IMG/VR virus record: IMGVR_UViG_3300022562_000702
Strand: one strand, 5' to 3'
From: a virus
Length of the DNA: 64,000 nucleotides
Below, piece after piece: positions 1 to 8,630 of this stretch. Position 1 is the first letter of the stretch, and each line of letters opens with the position of its first letter. Under the pieces are notes generated by a model. The model was not told the origin of the DNA. It was given only the letters and a program-made list of their open reading frames with translations, and did no database searches. Made by a program: the position numbers and the translations under genes.

Positions 1-1
1 T

Positions 2-988
2 GAGAAGATCGGAATCAACCCAACAGCACGAGCAACATGTGTCAAGCCAGCCGGAACAACATCATGTATTCTGGGAACGGCTTCTGGCATCCATGCTCAT
101 CATGCGAAGCGTTACATTCGACGTTCGCAGGCCAACTATCTCGAACCGCCGCTGCGACACTTCAAGAAGAGCAATCCAACTGCTGTTGAGAAATCTGTCT
201 GGTCGGCCAACGGTACTGATGAAGTCATTGCTTTCTGCATTGAGGTTCCCAAGGGAGCCAAGACCAAGAATGACATCGACGCCATCACTTTGTTGGAATA
301 TGTGAAGCTCACCCAGCAAAACTGGGTACAAGCTGGCACTGTCCGAGAGCGATGCACGGCTGATTTCTTGGTCCACAACGTCTCCAACACGATCACTGTG
401 CGGGAAGATGAATGGGAAGCTGTCACCGACTTCATCTATGACAACCGCAAGTGGTTCGCTGGTATCTCATTGTTGCCGATCACTGGCGACAAAGATTACC
501 CTCAAGCTCCATTTACGGCGATCTACACGCCAACAGAACTGGTTCGCATGTACGGCGATGGTTCGGTTATGGCGTCGGGGTTGATCGTGGACGGCCTTCA
601 TGCTTTCGAGAGCAATCTCTGGAAGGCGTGCGATGCGGTTTTGGGGCAAGGTGAGCCTGTCGTTGAACCCGCAGAGCCTCGTCCACACAACGGGAGTTCG
701 GTCATCAGCTATGAAGCGACCGAGCAGTACAAACTCCAAATGTTGGATTACGTCTCCAAGAAGGACTGGGTGCGACGAGCACACCAGTTCGCCGAACGCT
801 ACTTCGAAGGCGATGTCAAGAAAATGACGTACTGCCTGAAGGACGTGAACAACTGGAAGATGTGGTGTGATCTGAATCGAGAATACAAGGACGTTGACTA
901 CGCCTTGATGATCGAGGAAGAGGACAACACCAAGCTGGAGCAAACAGTGGCTTGTGCTGGTGGGGCTTGCACACTGAGCTACGCTTAG
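2..988 (+). CDS. nrdJ: adenosylcobalamin-dependent (class II) ribonucleotide reductase, C-terminal fragment (5' end outside window)
   Basis: The frame of ORF 290..988 is open back to the window edge. The upstream translation contains VKPAGTTSCILGTASGIH, which resembles the KPSGT-S region of class II RNR. The gene ends with TAG. Confidence 0.5.
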   Translation, partial: EKIGINPTARATCVKPAGTTSCILGTASGIHAHHAKRYIRRSQANYLEPPLRHFKKSNPTAVEKSVWSANGTDEVIAFCIEVPKGAKTKNDIDAITLLEYVKLTQQNWVQAGTVRERCTADFLVHNVSNTITVREDEWEAVTDFIYDNRKWFAGISLLPITGDKDYPQAPFTAIYTPTELVRMYGDGSVMASGLIVDGLHAFESNLWKACDAVLGQGEPVVEPAEPRPHNGSSVISYEATEQYKLQMLDYVSKKDWVRRAHQFAERYFEGDVKKMTYCLKDVNNWKMWCDLNREYKDVDYALMIEEEDNTKLEQTVACAGGACTLSYA

Positions 989-997
989 TCTTGACGG

Positions 998-1040
998 GAA
1001 ATTCGCCTCCTTGTATTCTTTAAGAGGATACAAGGAGGTA
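998..1040 (+). terminator. hairpin after nrdJ (10-bp perfect stem CCTCCTTGTA / TACAAGGAGG); its 3' arm also supplies the AGGAGG Shine-Dalgarno for the next ORF
   Basis: Inverted repeat read directly in the sequence. No clear T-run follows it. Confidence 0.35.
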
Positions 1041-1044
1041 TTCC

Positions 1045-1269
1045 GTGAATGACGGCTGGGAAGTTTTCGTGATTGTGGTTCTGCTCATTGTGGTATTTGC
1101 CCTCGTTATTTTGGGACCGATATTCACAATTTGGAGCCTAAACACGCTGTTTGGTCTGGGGATTCCCTATACTTTCAAGACGTGGTGTGCTACCATCTGG
1201 ATTCACACGATCCTGCATGGGATTCGCACCAGTTTTAAGCGTTCGGGCAATCAACAAACCACGCAATAA
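1045..1269 (+). CDS. small hydrophobic membrane protein
   Basis: GTG start 6 nt after AGGAGG. There is a strongly hydrophobic segment, VFVIVVLLIVVFALVILGPIFTIW. Confidence 0.4.
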   Translation: MNDGWEVFVIVVLLIVVFALVILGPIFTIWSLNTLFGLGIPYTFKTWCATIWIHTILHGIRTSFKRSGNQQTTQ

Positions 1270-1325
1270 ACCCACCTTTCCTTTACTACATAAGATAGAG
1301 AGATTCGAGAGAAAGGAAGGGACGA

Positions 1326-2948
1326 ATGGCAAAATACATCATTGTGGTCGGCGGCGTTTACAGCGGAACAGGCAAAGGTATCAGTGCCGCCTCTATCGGT
1401 TTGCTCCTCAAAATGCGGGGCTCCGGTGTCACTCTGATCAAGTGCGATCCCTACCTCAACATCAATGCAGGCACAATGAACCCTCGTCAACACGGCGAGG
1501 TTTTCTTATGTGATGACGGCTCGGAAACAGACCTCGACTTGGGGCACTACGAGCGGCTGGCGGGCATTACTGTCTCCCAGTTGAACATCTTCACCAGCGG
1601 AACTTTGTACAAGCAGATCATCGCAGAAGAAGAACAAGGTCAATACCTCGGCGAAACCGTACAAGTTGTGCCGCATGTCACTTGTAAGATTCAGAAGCGA
1701 CTACTTGAGGTGGGCGAGGGACATGATATTGTCATCGCAGAAATCGGCGGAACAGTAGGCGACTTTGAGAGCGGCCCCTTCTATGAAGCCATCTCAGAAT
1801 TCAAACAAAAGAACCCTGAAGATGTCATGGTTGTTATGGTGGCCCCGGTCATCTGGAACAACACCGTCAAGGAGTTCAAGACCAAGCCGCTTCAGAACGC
1901 CGTGCGTTCTCTGCGACATGACGGCCTGATCCCTGAGATGCTTCTCTGTCGTTGTGACAGAAGCATTCCAAAGGAGATACTCGATAAGGTGTCCCGGCTG
2001 AGCCGAGTCCCCCGAGAGGCTGTGTTTGAGGCCCCAGATGCCTCAACGATCTACGAAGTGCCCATCGAGTTTTACAATCGTCATGTTGACGATCTGGTTG
2101 CAGATCGATTCCACCTACCACGCAAAGGGGTGAGAATCCATAAGTATCGAGACCTTGTGGAACGCTACCTCAATGGTTCCGAACTTCCTCAAGTGAGCAT
2201 TGGCATTGTTGGGAAGTACGACAATTGCGATGAAGCCTATCTCAGCTTGAAAGAGGCGTTGATTCATGCCGCTGTCGAGGCCGGGATCAAGGTTCACATC
2301 AAGTGGATCAATGCTGAAGAGTTGGAAGAAGGAACGGACATGCGTTCTGTCTGGCGTCACTTCGATGACATTCATGGCGTGATCGTGCCGGGCGGGTTTG
2401 ATTCTCGTGCCGTGGAAGGCAAGATCAGAGCGATTCAGTATTGTCGTGAGAAACAAATCCCCTTCTTGGGAATCTGTCTGGGGCTGCAATGTGCAGTCAT
2501 CGAATTTGCCAGAAATGTGCTGGGGCTGCAACAAGCCACCAGCCAAGAATTTGACAAGAGTGCAGAAGAATGCGTGGTCCACTTCGTCGAAGGACAAGAA
2601 GAGACCATGAAGAAGTCAGGCACAATGCGTCTGGGAGCCTACGACTGCGAACTGGAGAGAGACAGTATCGCTCGGGAAGTCTATGGCAAGAAACTGATCA
2701 GCGAGCGTCATCGACATCGTTATGAAGTCAATGACGAGTACACCGCACAATATGCTGACCGTGGTTTTCGGGTGAGCGGCAGAAACCCTCAAACCAACCT
2801 TGTCGAAGTGATGGAGTTGGATCGTTCGGTACATCCATACTTTATTGGCACACAGGCGCATCCAGAGTTCAAGAGCCGATTGGGCGAACCCGCTCCATTG
2901 TTTCTTGGTTTGATGAAAGCTGCCGGTGGTCGGCTAAATAAGGTGTAA
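1326..2948 (+). CDS. pyrG: CTP synthase (glutamine-hydrolysing)
   Basis: The N-terminus MAKYIIVVGGVYSGTGKGI and the CDPYLNINAGTM motif match the synthetase domain. GICLGLQ with the HPEF region matches the C-terminal amidotransferase domain. Length 540 aa. Confidence 0.95.
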   Translation: MAKYIIVVGGVYSGTGKGISAASIGLLLKMRGSGVTLIKCDPYLNINAGTMNPRQHGEVFLCDDGSETDLDLGHYERLAGITVSQLNIFTSGTLYKQIIAEEEQGQYLGETVQVVPHVTCKIQKRLLEVGEGHDIVIAEIGGTVGDFESGPFYEAISEFKQKNPEDVMVVMVAPVIWNNTVKEFKTKPLQNAVRSLRHDGLIPEMLLCRCDRSIPKEILDKVSRLSRVPREAVFEAPDASTIYEVPIEFYNRHVDDLVADRFHLPRKGVRIHKYRDLVERYLNGSELPQVSIGIVGKYDNCDEAYLSLKEALIHAAVEAGIKVHIKWINAEELEEGTDMRSVWRHFDDIHGVIVPGGFDSRAVEGKIRAIQYCREKQIPFLGICLGLQCAVIEFARNVLGLQQATSQEFDKSAEECVVHFVEGQEETMKKSGTMRLGAYDCELERDSIAREVYGKKLISERHRHRYEVNDEYTAQYADRGFRVSGRNPQTNLVEVMELDRSVHPYFIGTQAHPEFKSRLGEPAPLFLGLMKAAGGRLNKV

Positions 2949-3460
2949 TGGACAGATTCAAGTATTTTCTTATCAACGAAAGCAAAAGCTATCTCGGGCA
3001 CCGAGTCAATGACGTTCTGACTGCGATCCAAGACGTGCAGAACGACATGCAGAATCTCGGCACACGCCATTTGACACGCCTTGCTGAGAACATCGTCAAC
3101 GAAATCCGCAAGATTCTGCACGGCCAGTGGGAAGTGCAGCATCAGAAGCACCTTCGTCAATTACAGAAGGTCGCCGTTGCAATTATGCGGACCATCGACG
3201 AAAAGGGCGACCTGCGAGAAGTGCTTCCGGCTGCGGCCCAATCCCTCCAGAATGTGGCCGGTCAACTGGGAGTCAAGACCAACAATCTGCAAGCTCCTGA
3301 GATGCCCGGAGAGCCTGTCTCGCAAGCTGATTTCGAAGAGACAGGCGATGGCACGTCCCAGCCGCCGATGTCCCAGCAGGCCCCACAGGGGCCACCAATG
3401 CAAACGCCCATGGCTCAATCTGGAACCATGGGCGGTGCGTCTCCTGCAATGGGAATGTAA
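2948..3460 (+). CDS. hypothetical protein with Q/P/M-rich C-terminal tail
   Basis: ATG overlaps the pyrG stop. The C-terminal ~60 aa are low complexity. Confidence 0.5.
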   Translation: MDRFKYFLINESKSYLGHRVNDVLTAIQDVQNDMQNLGTRHLTRLAENIVNEIRKILHGQWEVQHQKHLRQLQKVAVAIMRTIDEKGDLREVLPAAAQSLQNVAGQLGVKTNNLQAPEMPGEPVSQADFEETGDGTSQPPMSQQAPQGPPMQTPMAQSGTMGGASPAMGM

Positions 3461-3464
3461 AAGC

Positions 3465-4409
3465 TTACTCTGGGTAGTATTCGTACCGCTTGGTGTCGCC
3501 CGGATTCTTCCAGACGTTCGAGTAATTCATGATGCTCGGGTCGTAGCTGGCAGCCAAAGAAAATTCTTCACCGCCGCCCATACCCTGATCTGGCGTTCCA
3601 AAATTTGCATCAGATCCACCAACTGATCCGCCACCCATTGGAATTACGCCGCTCTGGCTGTAATTGTCGGCTGGCTTCTCGAAACCGTATCCTGTGCCAC
3701 CACTTCTGCCACTGGCTGTATCGCCATGATCGCTGCGAGGTGTGACTTCACGATTCTGCATCGTGTAGTTGCCCTGTGGTTGTTGTGGTTTTTGCCAAGG
3801 AGCAGCCTGCTGCGGGCGTTGTTGCATTTGAGGCTGTGGTTGCTGCATCTGCTGCTGTGGCTGAGGTTGAGGTCGTTGTGGTTGCTGCATTTGCTGCATC
3901 TGCTGCTGTGGCTGAGTCGCCTGTTGCATTTGCTGCTGCATTTGGCGATCAACCGCTGCTTGGTTAGCCTGCATCTGCTGTTCTGGTGTGGCAAAGCCCT
4001 CAATGCCCATCTTGCCAGCCCAAATTGGATACATTTTGTTGATGTAATGGGCTGTGGCACGGCGTCCCGGTGCATTGTTCAACCAGACCTTCGATCCATT
4101 GTTGAGTCCGAATGCGGGGCTCACATCCAAGAAGTCATATGAGTTGAACTTCTTACTGTGACCACCGCTATATGTTCTGTGGTGTACGTCGCCTGTGACC
4201 TTGCGGCCATCAACATTGTTCACCTTGAAACGACTGAAATTTCTCAGATTGGCGATTCCATCATTCTTTAAGCCACCCCGTCTGCCGATCACAGAATCCA
4301 TGAACGCTTTAGGATTCGTGATCACAAAATCTCCGGGTTTTGGCTCGGAATCAACGGCTTCTGAGATCGTCCGGGCTTCTGCCCAGTTCTTAAAGGAATA
4401 ATTCTTCAT
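3465..4409 (-). CDS. hypothetical protein with long poly-Q/P low-complexity core
   Basis: 314-aa ORF with a QQQMQQ...PQPQ tract flanked by non-repetitive N- and C-terminal regions. Confidence 0.5.
   Translation of the reverse strand: MKNYSFKNWAEARTISEAVDSEPKPGDFVITNPKAFMDSVIGRRGGLKNDGIANLRNFSRFKVNNVDGRKVTGDVHHRTYSGGHSKKFNSYDFLDVSPAFGLNNGSKVWLNNAPGRRATAHYINKMYPIWAGKMGIEGFATPEQQMQANQAAVDRQMQQQMQQATQPQQQMQQMQQPQRPQPQPQQQMQQPQPQMQQRPQQAAPWQKPQQPQGNYTMQNREVTPRSDHGDTASGRSGGTGYGFEKPADNYSQSGVIPMGGGSVGGSDANFGTPDQGMGGGEEFSLAASYDPSIMNYSNVWKNPGDTKRYEYYPE
3780..3960. repeat. imperfect CTG/CAG-type coding repeats, including a ~20-nt direct repeat (catctgctgctgtggctgag) present twice
   Basis: Direct repeats read in the sequence. 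They encode the Q-rich tract on the minus strand. Confidence 0.5.
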
Positions 4410-4452
4410 GTTCTCCCCTCTGCAAAAACGCCTTTACCTATTTATGTGTCTT

Positions 4453-4486
4453 GATCAGGATTTTCCAAACTGTTATACTCGTCCAG
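4453..4486 (+). promoter_or_regulatory. sigma70-like promoter (TTGATC - 16 nt - TGtTATACT extended -10)
   Basis: Hexamers read in the sequence upstream of the amidotransferase gene. A GAGGAG Shine-Dalgarno follows. Confidence 0.4.
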
Positions 4487-4498
4487 AGGAGAAGAAGT

Positions 4499-5743
4499 AT
4501 GTGTGGAATCGCTGGGTACATCGGAGCTTCTAAGAACCACAAGCTCACCTACGAACTAATAACCAACCTGTTTGACTACCTTGAATTGCGTGGCACGGAT
4601 GCTGCTGGCGTGTGGGGAACCGAGATCGCACCTAAAGGAAGAGTCATCTATCATAAAGAACCCATCCGGTCTTCAGAGTTCATTAAGAAGAAGTTCTGGA
4701 CAAATCGGATTCGTCGAACAAAACTCGACATGATGTTGGTTCATGCTCGGGCCACTTCGAAGGGTAACGGGCACGCCAGCGACAACAGCAATAATCACCC
4801 TTTCGTGAGCAGCGACAAACGAATCGGGATGGTCCACAACGGCACGATTGATGAGGCCAATTACTTAAAGAACAAGTACAAGATCATCTCGAATACAGAC
4901 TCAGAAGTTCTGTTGCGTATGTATGAGCACGCCGCTGAAGGTGATCAAATCGAACTGTCTGATGACATCCCCACACATGTTTCTGATCGACTCCACGGCG
5001 TGCGGGATATCTGGTCCACCATCTTGCACGGCGCAATGGCGGTGGCTTTTGGGGAACGAATCGACGATCACACTCGAATGTTGTGCCTGTTCCACAATGA
5101 GCAACGACCACTGTGGATGGCGGACTTACGAGAAAGCCTCGGCCAACTATTCTTCTTCTCATCGCCCGACATCTGGTATCGGGCACTGGATGTTTCGTCG
5201 AAGACTTTGCAGAACATCTGTTCGCAAGAGTTGAAGCTGCATGAAGTTCCTGTGCGAGAGGCTTGGTTCTTTATGATCGACGAAAAGCGTCCGCATTTCG
5301 AAGATCTGAGTCAGATGTACCCCATGAAGATGAAGGTCAAGAATACCAGTCGTCCTTGGCAGGAAGATTGCGTGCTGGACATCAAAGGCCCGGAAGTAGA
5401 ATTGAGCGTAATTACCGAGCTACAAGATGACAAACCACGCTCTCTTATAGTACACCCAAAAAACCGGCAAGCGGGCACGAGTGGTGCCCGCTGGCGACAG
5501 GATTGGCGAGATGGGCAACAAGATCAATACGAGGAACCATACGCACATGGTTACGAAGGTGGTGGAGTTGAGCACGAACAGGTGTGTCACGAGATCCGTG
5601 GCACCATGGATTCTATCTCTACTGCCATGACCAATGCCTGTCTTGAGGGCTCGATGAGCCCTGTAGACTATCAAGAATTCCTCGAAAACCTTGAGCAGCT
5701 TCGGCTAGACACGGAGGGTCTGCTCAGACTGGTGGAGGGCTAA
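4499..5743 (+). CDS. class-II (Ntn) glutamine amidotransferase domain protein with uncharacterised C-terminal half
   Basis: Starts MCGIAGYIG (Cys2 nucleophile). It has HARATSKGNG...NNHPF and VHNGTIDEANYL motifs, typical of GlmS/PurF/AsnB-type GATase domains. No PP-loop, SIS or PRTase motif is seen downstream. A start at 4499 is preferred over the listed 4451. Confidence 0.55.
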   Translation: MCGIAGYIGASKNHKLTYELITNLFDYLELRGTDAAGVWGTEIAPKGRVIYHKEPIRSSEFIKKKFWTNRIRRTKLDMMLVHARATSKGNGHASDNSNNHPFVSSDKRIGMVHNGTIDEANYLKNKYKIISNTDSEVLLRMYEHAAEGDQIELSDDIPTHVSDRLHGVRDIWSTILHGAMAVAFGERIDDHTRMLCLFHNEQRPLWMADLRESLGQLFFFSSPDIWYRALDVSSKTLQNICSQELKLHEVPVREAWFFMIDEKRPHFEDLSQMYPMKMKVKNTSRPWQEDCVLDIKGPEVELSVITELQDDKPRSLIVHPKNRQAGTSGARWRQDWRDGQQDQYEEPYAHGYEGGGVEHEQVCHEIRGTMDSISTAMTNACLEGSMSPVDYQEFLENLEQLRLDTEGLLRLVEG

Positions 5744-6333
5744 TGGATGAACAGTTTATTGAAGACATCTTAGAGAATCACGAAAAGAAAAAGAACAAGG
5801 TTGACGGCAAAGCCAAAGGAGACCGAACAGAAAGAAATCTCTGCAAGTTTCTGGGCAAGCACTTCGGGGAGGAATTCTCTAAGGCTCCCGGTTCTGGTGC
5901 CCGCACCAGTCAAGTCGCTTATCTGCCCGAGCACGCCAAGAAGACTCTCACCGGTGACATCTGCGTTCCAGAGGGATTCAAGTGGGTCATTGAGTGCAAA
6001 GGCGGGTATGAAGACGATATGAACCTGACAAATGTGTGTGAAGGAGTGGCTTGCCTCGATGAATTCATCGAACAAGTCACCAAAGATTCGGAATACTGCG
6101 GGCGAAAACCGATCATCTTTTGGAAGAGAAATCGGAAACCATGGTTGGCAATCCTTAAGATTGATGATGTGCCTTTCAAAAAACCGGGAGTGGGATATGC
6201 AGCGATTGATCCAACTCCTTGTTTGGAGACGTTCATCTTATACAAAGGTTGGGCCATCCTGCATTTGGAAGCACTTTTTGAAATGACAGAAAAGGAGTTC
6301 TGGTTCAATGAGACAAAGAATGGCATGTGTTGA
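5743..6333 (+). CDS. hypothetical protein, possible PD-(D/E)XK-type nuclease
   Basis: GDICVPEGFKWVIECKGG resembles a D-x(n)-E-x-K nuclease motif. This is otherwise unassigned. Confidence 0.35.
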   Translation: MDEQFIEDILENHEKKKNKVDGKAKGDRTERNLCKFLGKHFGEEFSKAPGSGARTSQVAYLPEHAKKTLTGDICVPEGFKWVIECKGGYEDDMNLTNVCEGVACLDEFIEQVTKDSEYCGRKPIIFWKRNRKPWLAILKIDDVPFKKPGVGYAAIDPTPCLETFILYKGWAILHLEALFEMTEKEFWFNETKNGMC

Positions 6334-6682
6334 TTTTGATGGCACCATCGTCCATCACCGGTTTCCCGCTATTGGAGAACCACTTCCAAACGCTTTCGAA
6401 GTTCTTAAAGAACTCAAGGAAGCTGGTTGGATTCTTATCCTCTGGACATGTCGTGAAAACGACAAACACGACATGAACCATCAGTATCTTCAAGATGCTG
6501 TAGACTTCTGTAAGGAAAACGGCGTCGAGTTTGATGGCATCAACGAGACTCCAATTGAATGTGAGTTCCGAGGCGAAGCTTGCTTCTTCAGACGCAAGGC
6601 TTATGCCGACGTGTATATCGATGATCGTAATCTTGGCGGATTCCCCGGCTGGGCAGCGGTCAGGGAGGAATTGCTGGGATGA
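6308..6682 (+). CDS. small HAD-superfamily phosphatase-like protein
   Basis: Motif I CVDFDGTI (DxDGT) and a C-terminal VYIDDRN (motif IV DD). 124 aa. Confidence 0.5.
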   Translation: MRQRMACVDFDGTIVHHRFPAIGEPLPNAFEVLKELKEAGWILILWTCRENDKHDMNHQYLQDAVDFCKENGVEFDGINETPIECEFRGEACFFRRKAYADVYIDDRNLGGFPGWAAVREELLG

Positions 6683-6963
6683 AACCGAAACTTAAGAGAA
6701 TCCATGTGAACCAACACAAGATTCGCCATAACAAAAAGACTGGCGAGAATGTGCCGGTCTTGACTTGTAAGACAACCAAGTCAAATGACTATGGACACAC
6801 CGTCATCATTTATGATAAAGATGGCAATGAGGCGGCTCGTGTGATCTACAGCTATTGCAAGCCGCTGTCTTGTGGTGCTCACTGCTGGGTTGAAACCTCA
6901 AACGAGGTCGATGTCATTGAGACCAACAAGAACGGAGACCCTCAGAAAACCACCCGTGTTTAG
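6679..6963 (+). CDS. hypothetical protein
   Basis: ORF with start overlapping the upstream stop (ATGA). Confidence 0.35.
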   Translation: MKPKLKRIHVNQHKIRHNKKTGENVPVLTCKTTKSNDYGHTVIIYDKDGNEAARVIYSYCKPLSCGAHCWVETSNEVDVIETNKNGDPQKTTRV

Positions 6964-6971
6964 GAGACGCA

Positions 6972-7187
6972 ATGAAACTTGAATTCACGCAAGCTGAAAT
7001 TGAAGACATGATCCGAAGACAACTGGTCGCTGACGGCTACGAACCCACATCGGCTGTGGAGTTCTCGCCCAAGAAACGATTCATGGGAGCGAAGCTCAAA
7101 GCAACTGTGCTCGTCAAAAAGTATCTCACGCCTGTTCCTGTTGAGGCCGAAGAGCCAACAACTCAGGAATCTGTGAGTTCTGATTGA
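6972..7187 (+). CDS. hypothetical small protein
   Basis: 71-aa ORF. Confidence 0.3.
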   Translation: MKLEFTQAEIEDMIRRQLVADGYEPTSAVEFSPKKRFMGAKLKATVLVKKYLTPVPVEAEEPTTQESVSSD

Positions 7188-7842
7188 CTTTATGAGAACT
7201 GCCTTTCACCCAGTGGAAGGCCACAGGCTTTTCTGGATCACCATAGAAGAGAGATCCCTTCTGGTTCTTGTACTTGAAGGCTTCGACGACATGGCATGGG
7301 ATCTTCTCTTGGATGATCTTTTGTCTCATTCTCCAGCCAGTTTCCTTCCATTCTTCTTCGCCTTCCTTTCTGGTCACAACGAATGTTTCCTGTAAGGCCA
7401 ATTGGCGATCAATGAACATGCCGAAGACGCATGGGGCCAGCCAACCGGCTCGCTCTGGATAGCGATCATTGACTTTAGTGAAGTCCTTGTACCAAAGTTC
7501 TGCGCCATAGCATTTGCAGCCATTGGCGAATTCCCTACGGACATCCTCCATGATGTCCGGTTTGAGCCAGAAGAAATCAGAATCACAGATTCCAATGATA
7601 TCCGACTCAGCTTTACGGACGAGGAAGTCTAGTGCCCCGCCGTGTTTCTCCCCATCAATGCCGCTGTATTCCTGTCGGAACACCAACATGTTTTCTCTAG
7701 TGATCGGGATGGGTTTGTATTCGTTTTTGGGGGTATTGTCACAAATCAAGAACCGGAAGTCGCCTTCGATCTTATCCCAGAACTCAAATTGCAAATCCAG
7801 CAACGCATAGTTGCGATAAATGACGATGCAGATATCAATCAT
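7126..7842 (-). CDS. putative glycosyltransferase (GT-A like)
   Basis: N-terminal IDICIVIYRN...FLICDNTP and a DSD acidic motif. It is the first gene of a co-directional sugar-modification cluster. Confidence 0.4.
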   Translation of the reverse strand: MIDICIVIYRNYALLDLQFEFWDKIEGDFRFLICDNTPKNEYKPIPITRENMLVFRQEYSGIDGEKHGGALDFLVRKAESDIIGICDSDFFWLKPDIMEDVRREFANGCKCYGAELWYKDFTKVNDRYPERAGWLAPCVFGMFIDRQLALQETFVVTRKEGEEEWKETGWRMRQKIIQEKIPCHVVEAFKYKNQKGSLFYGDPEKPVAFHWVKGSSHKVNQNSQIPELLALRPQQEQA

Positions 7843-8630
7843 CGAAGGCTCTCCTTGAACGTGTTGTAGGCTGTTCTATAGATATCCTTCGTAAGAAGAT
7901 CGTAGCTGCGAGTCCATTCTGCCTCGTACATTCTTTCCAGTTTTTCGTCATCAACACAGTAAAGGTCGGCCCAACGCTCTTTTGCTTTTTGGTGCCCGGA
8001 GACCTTGTATTGGATCTGCTTTTTTCTTTCTTTGACATAATCAAACGGAGACCAACCAAACCAACACAATACAAAATTTGGATCGATCTCCTGTGTGAGT
8101 TGATTAGTGTGTCTTCCGGGGCCGTATTTTCCGCTTGGATGATTGTGAATCACTCTGGATCGTGATGGATGGCGAGACCCAACTGTAGAAAGTTGTTTTC
8201 GACAATCTTCCTCCATATATCCAAATGTCTTTGTGAGAATCAATGGTTCTTCATAAGTGCTGCGATTGTCTGGATGATCGACAATTATAACGCCAGTAGC
8301 CCTCATTGCCCTTCGTTGCTGACTTTCAAGAGAAGCGACGTATTGTTTTAAGTTGGGGTGCAAGAGGAATTCTGTGGTATTTAGAACCATCTTCCATCCA
8401 TCAAATTCTCTCTCAATCTCCTCAACCTCTAGTCCAATGTAAGGCTCTTCGAAATACTGGTTCTTGGTGGTGCGAATTTCCCACTCGGGAGCTAGTTCCT
8501 TGATGATCTCAACCGATCTGTCGGTTGAGCGGTAGTCTATCATCACCGCATGGTCAAACAATGGTTTGTGGTGTTTGATCCAGTGAGGAAGTAGGAATTC
8601 TTCGTTGTAGAAATGGCTGATTAGGTACAT
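7839..8630 (-). CDS. putative glycosyltransferase
   Basis: N-terminus HFYNEEFLLPHWIKHH...AVMIDYRSTDRS is typical of nucleotide-sugar transferase folds. Its start overlaps the neighbouring gene. Confidence 0.4.
   Translation of the reverse strand: MYLISHFYNEEFLLPHWIKHHKPLFDHAVMIDYRSTDRSVEIIKELAPEWEIRTTKNQYFEEPYIGLEVEEIEREFDGWKMVLNTTEFLLHPNLKQYVASLESQQRRAMRATGVIIVDHPDNRSTYEEPLILTKTFGYMEEDCRKQLSTVGSRHPSRSRVIHNHPSGKYGPGRHTNQLTQEIDPNFVLCWFGWSPFDYVKERKKQIQYKVSGHQKAKERWADLYCVDDEKLERMYEAEWTRSYDLLTKDIYRTAYNTFKESLR

Noticed and set aside
39-988. Short ORFs 39..305, 62..376, 136..435, 451..654, 467..1033 and 600..827
   Set aside because: They overlap the in-frame continuation of the class II RNR fragment and lack motifs.
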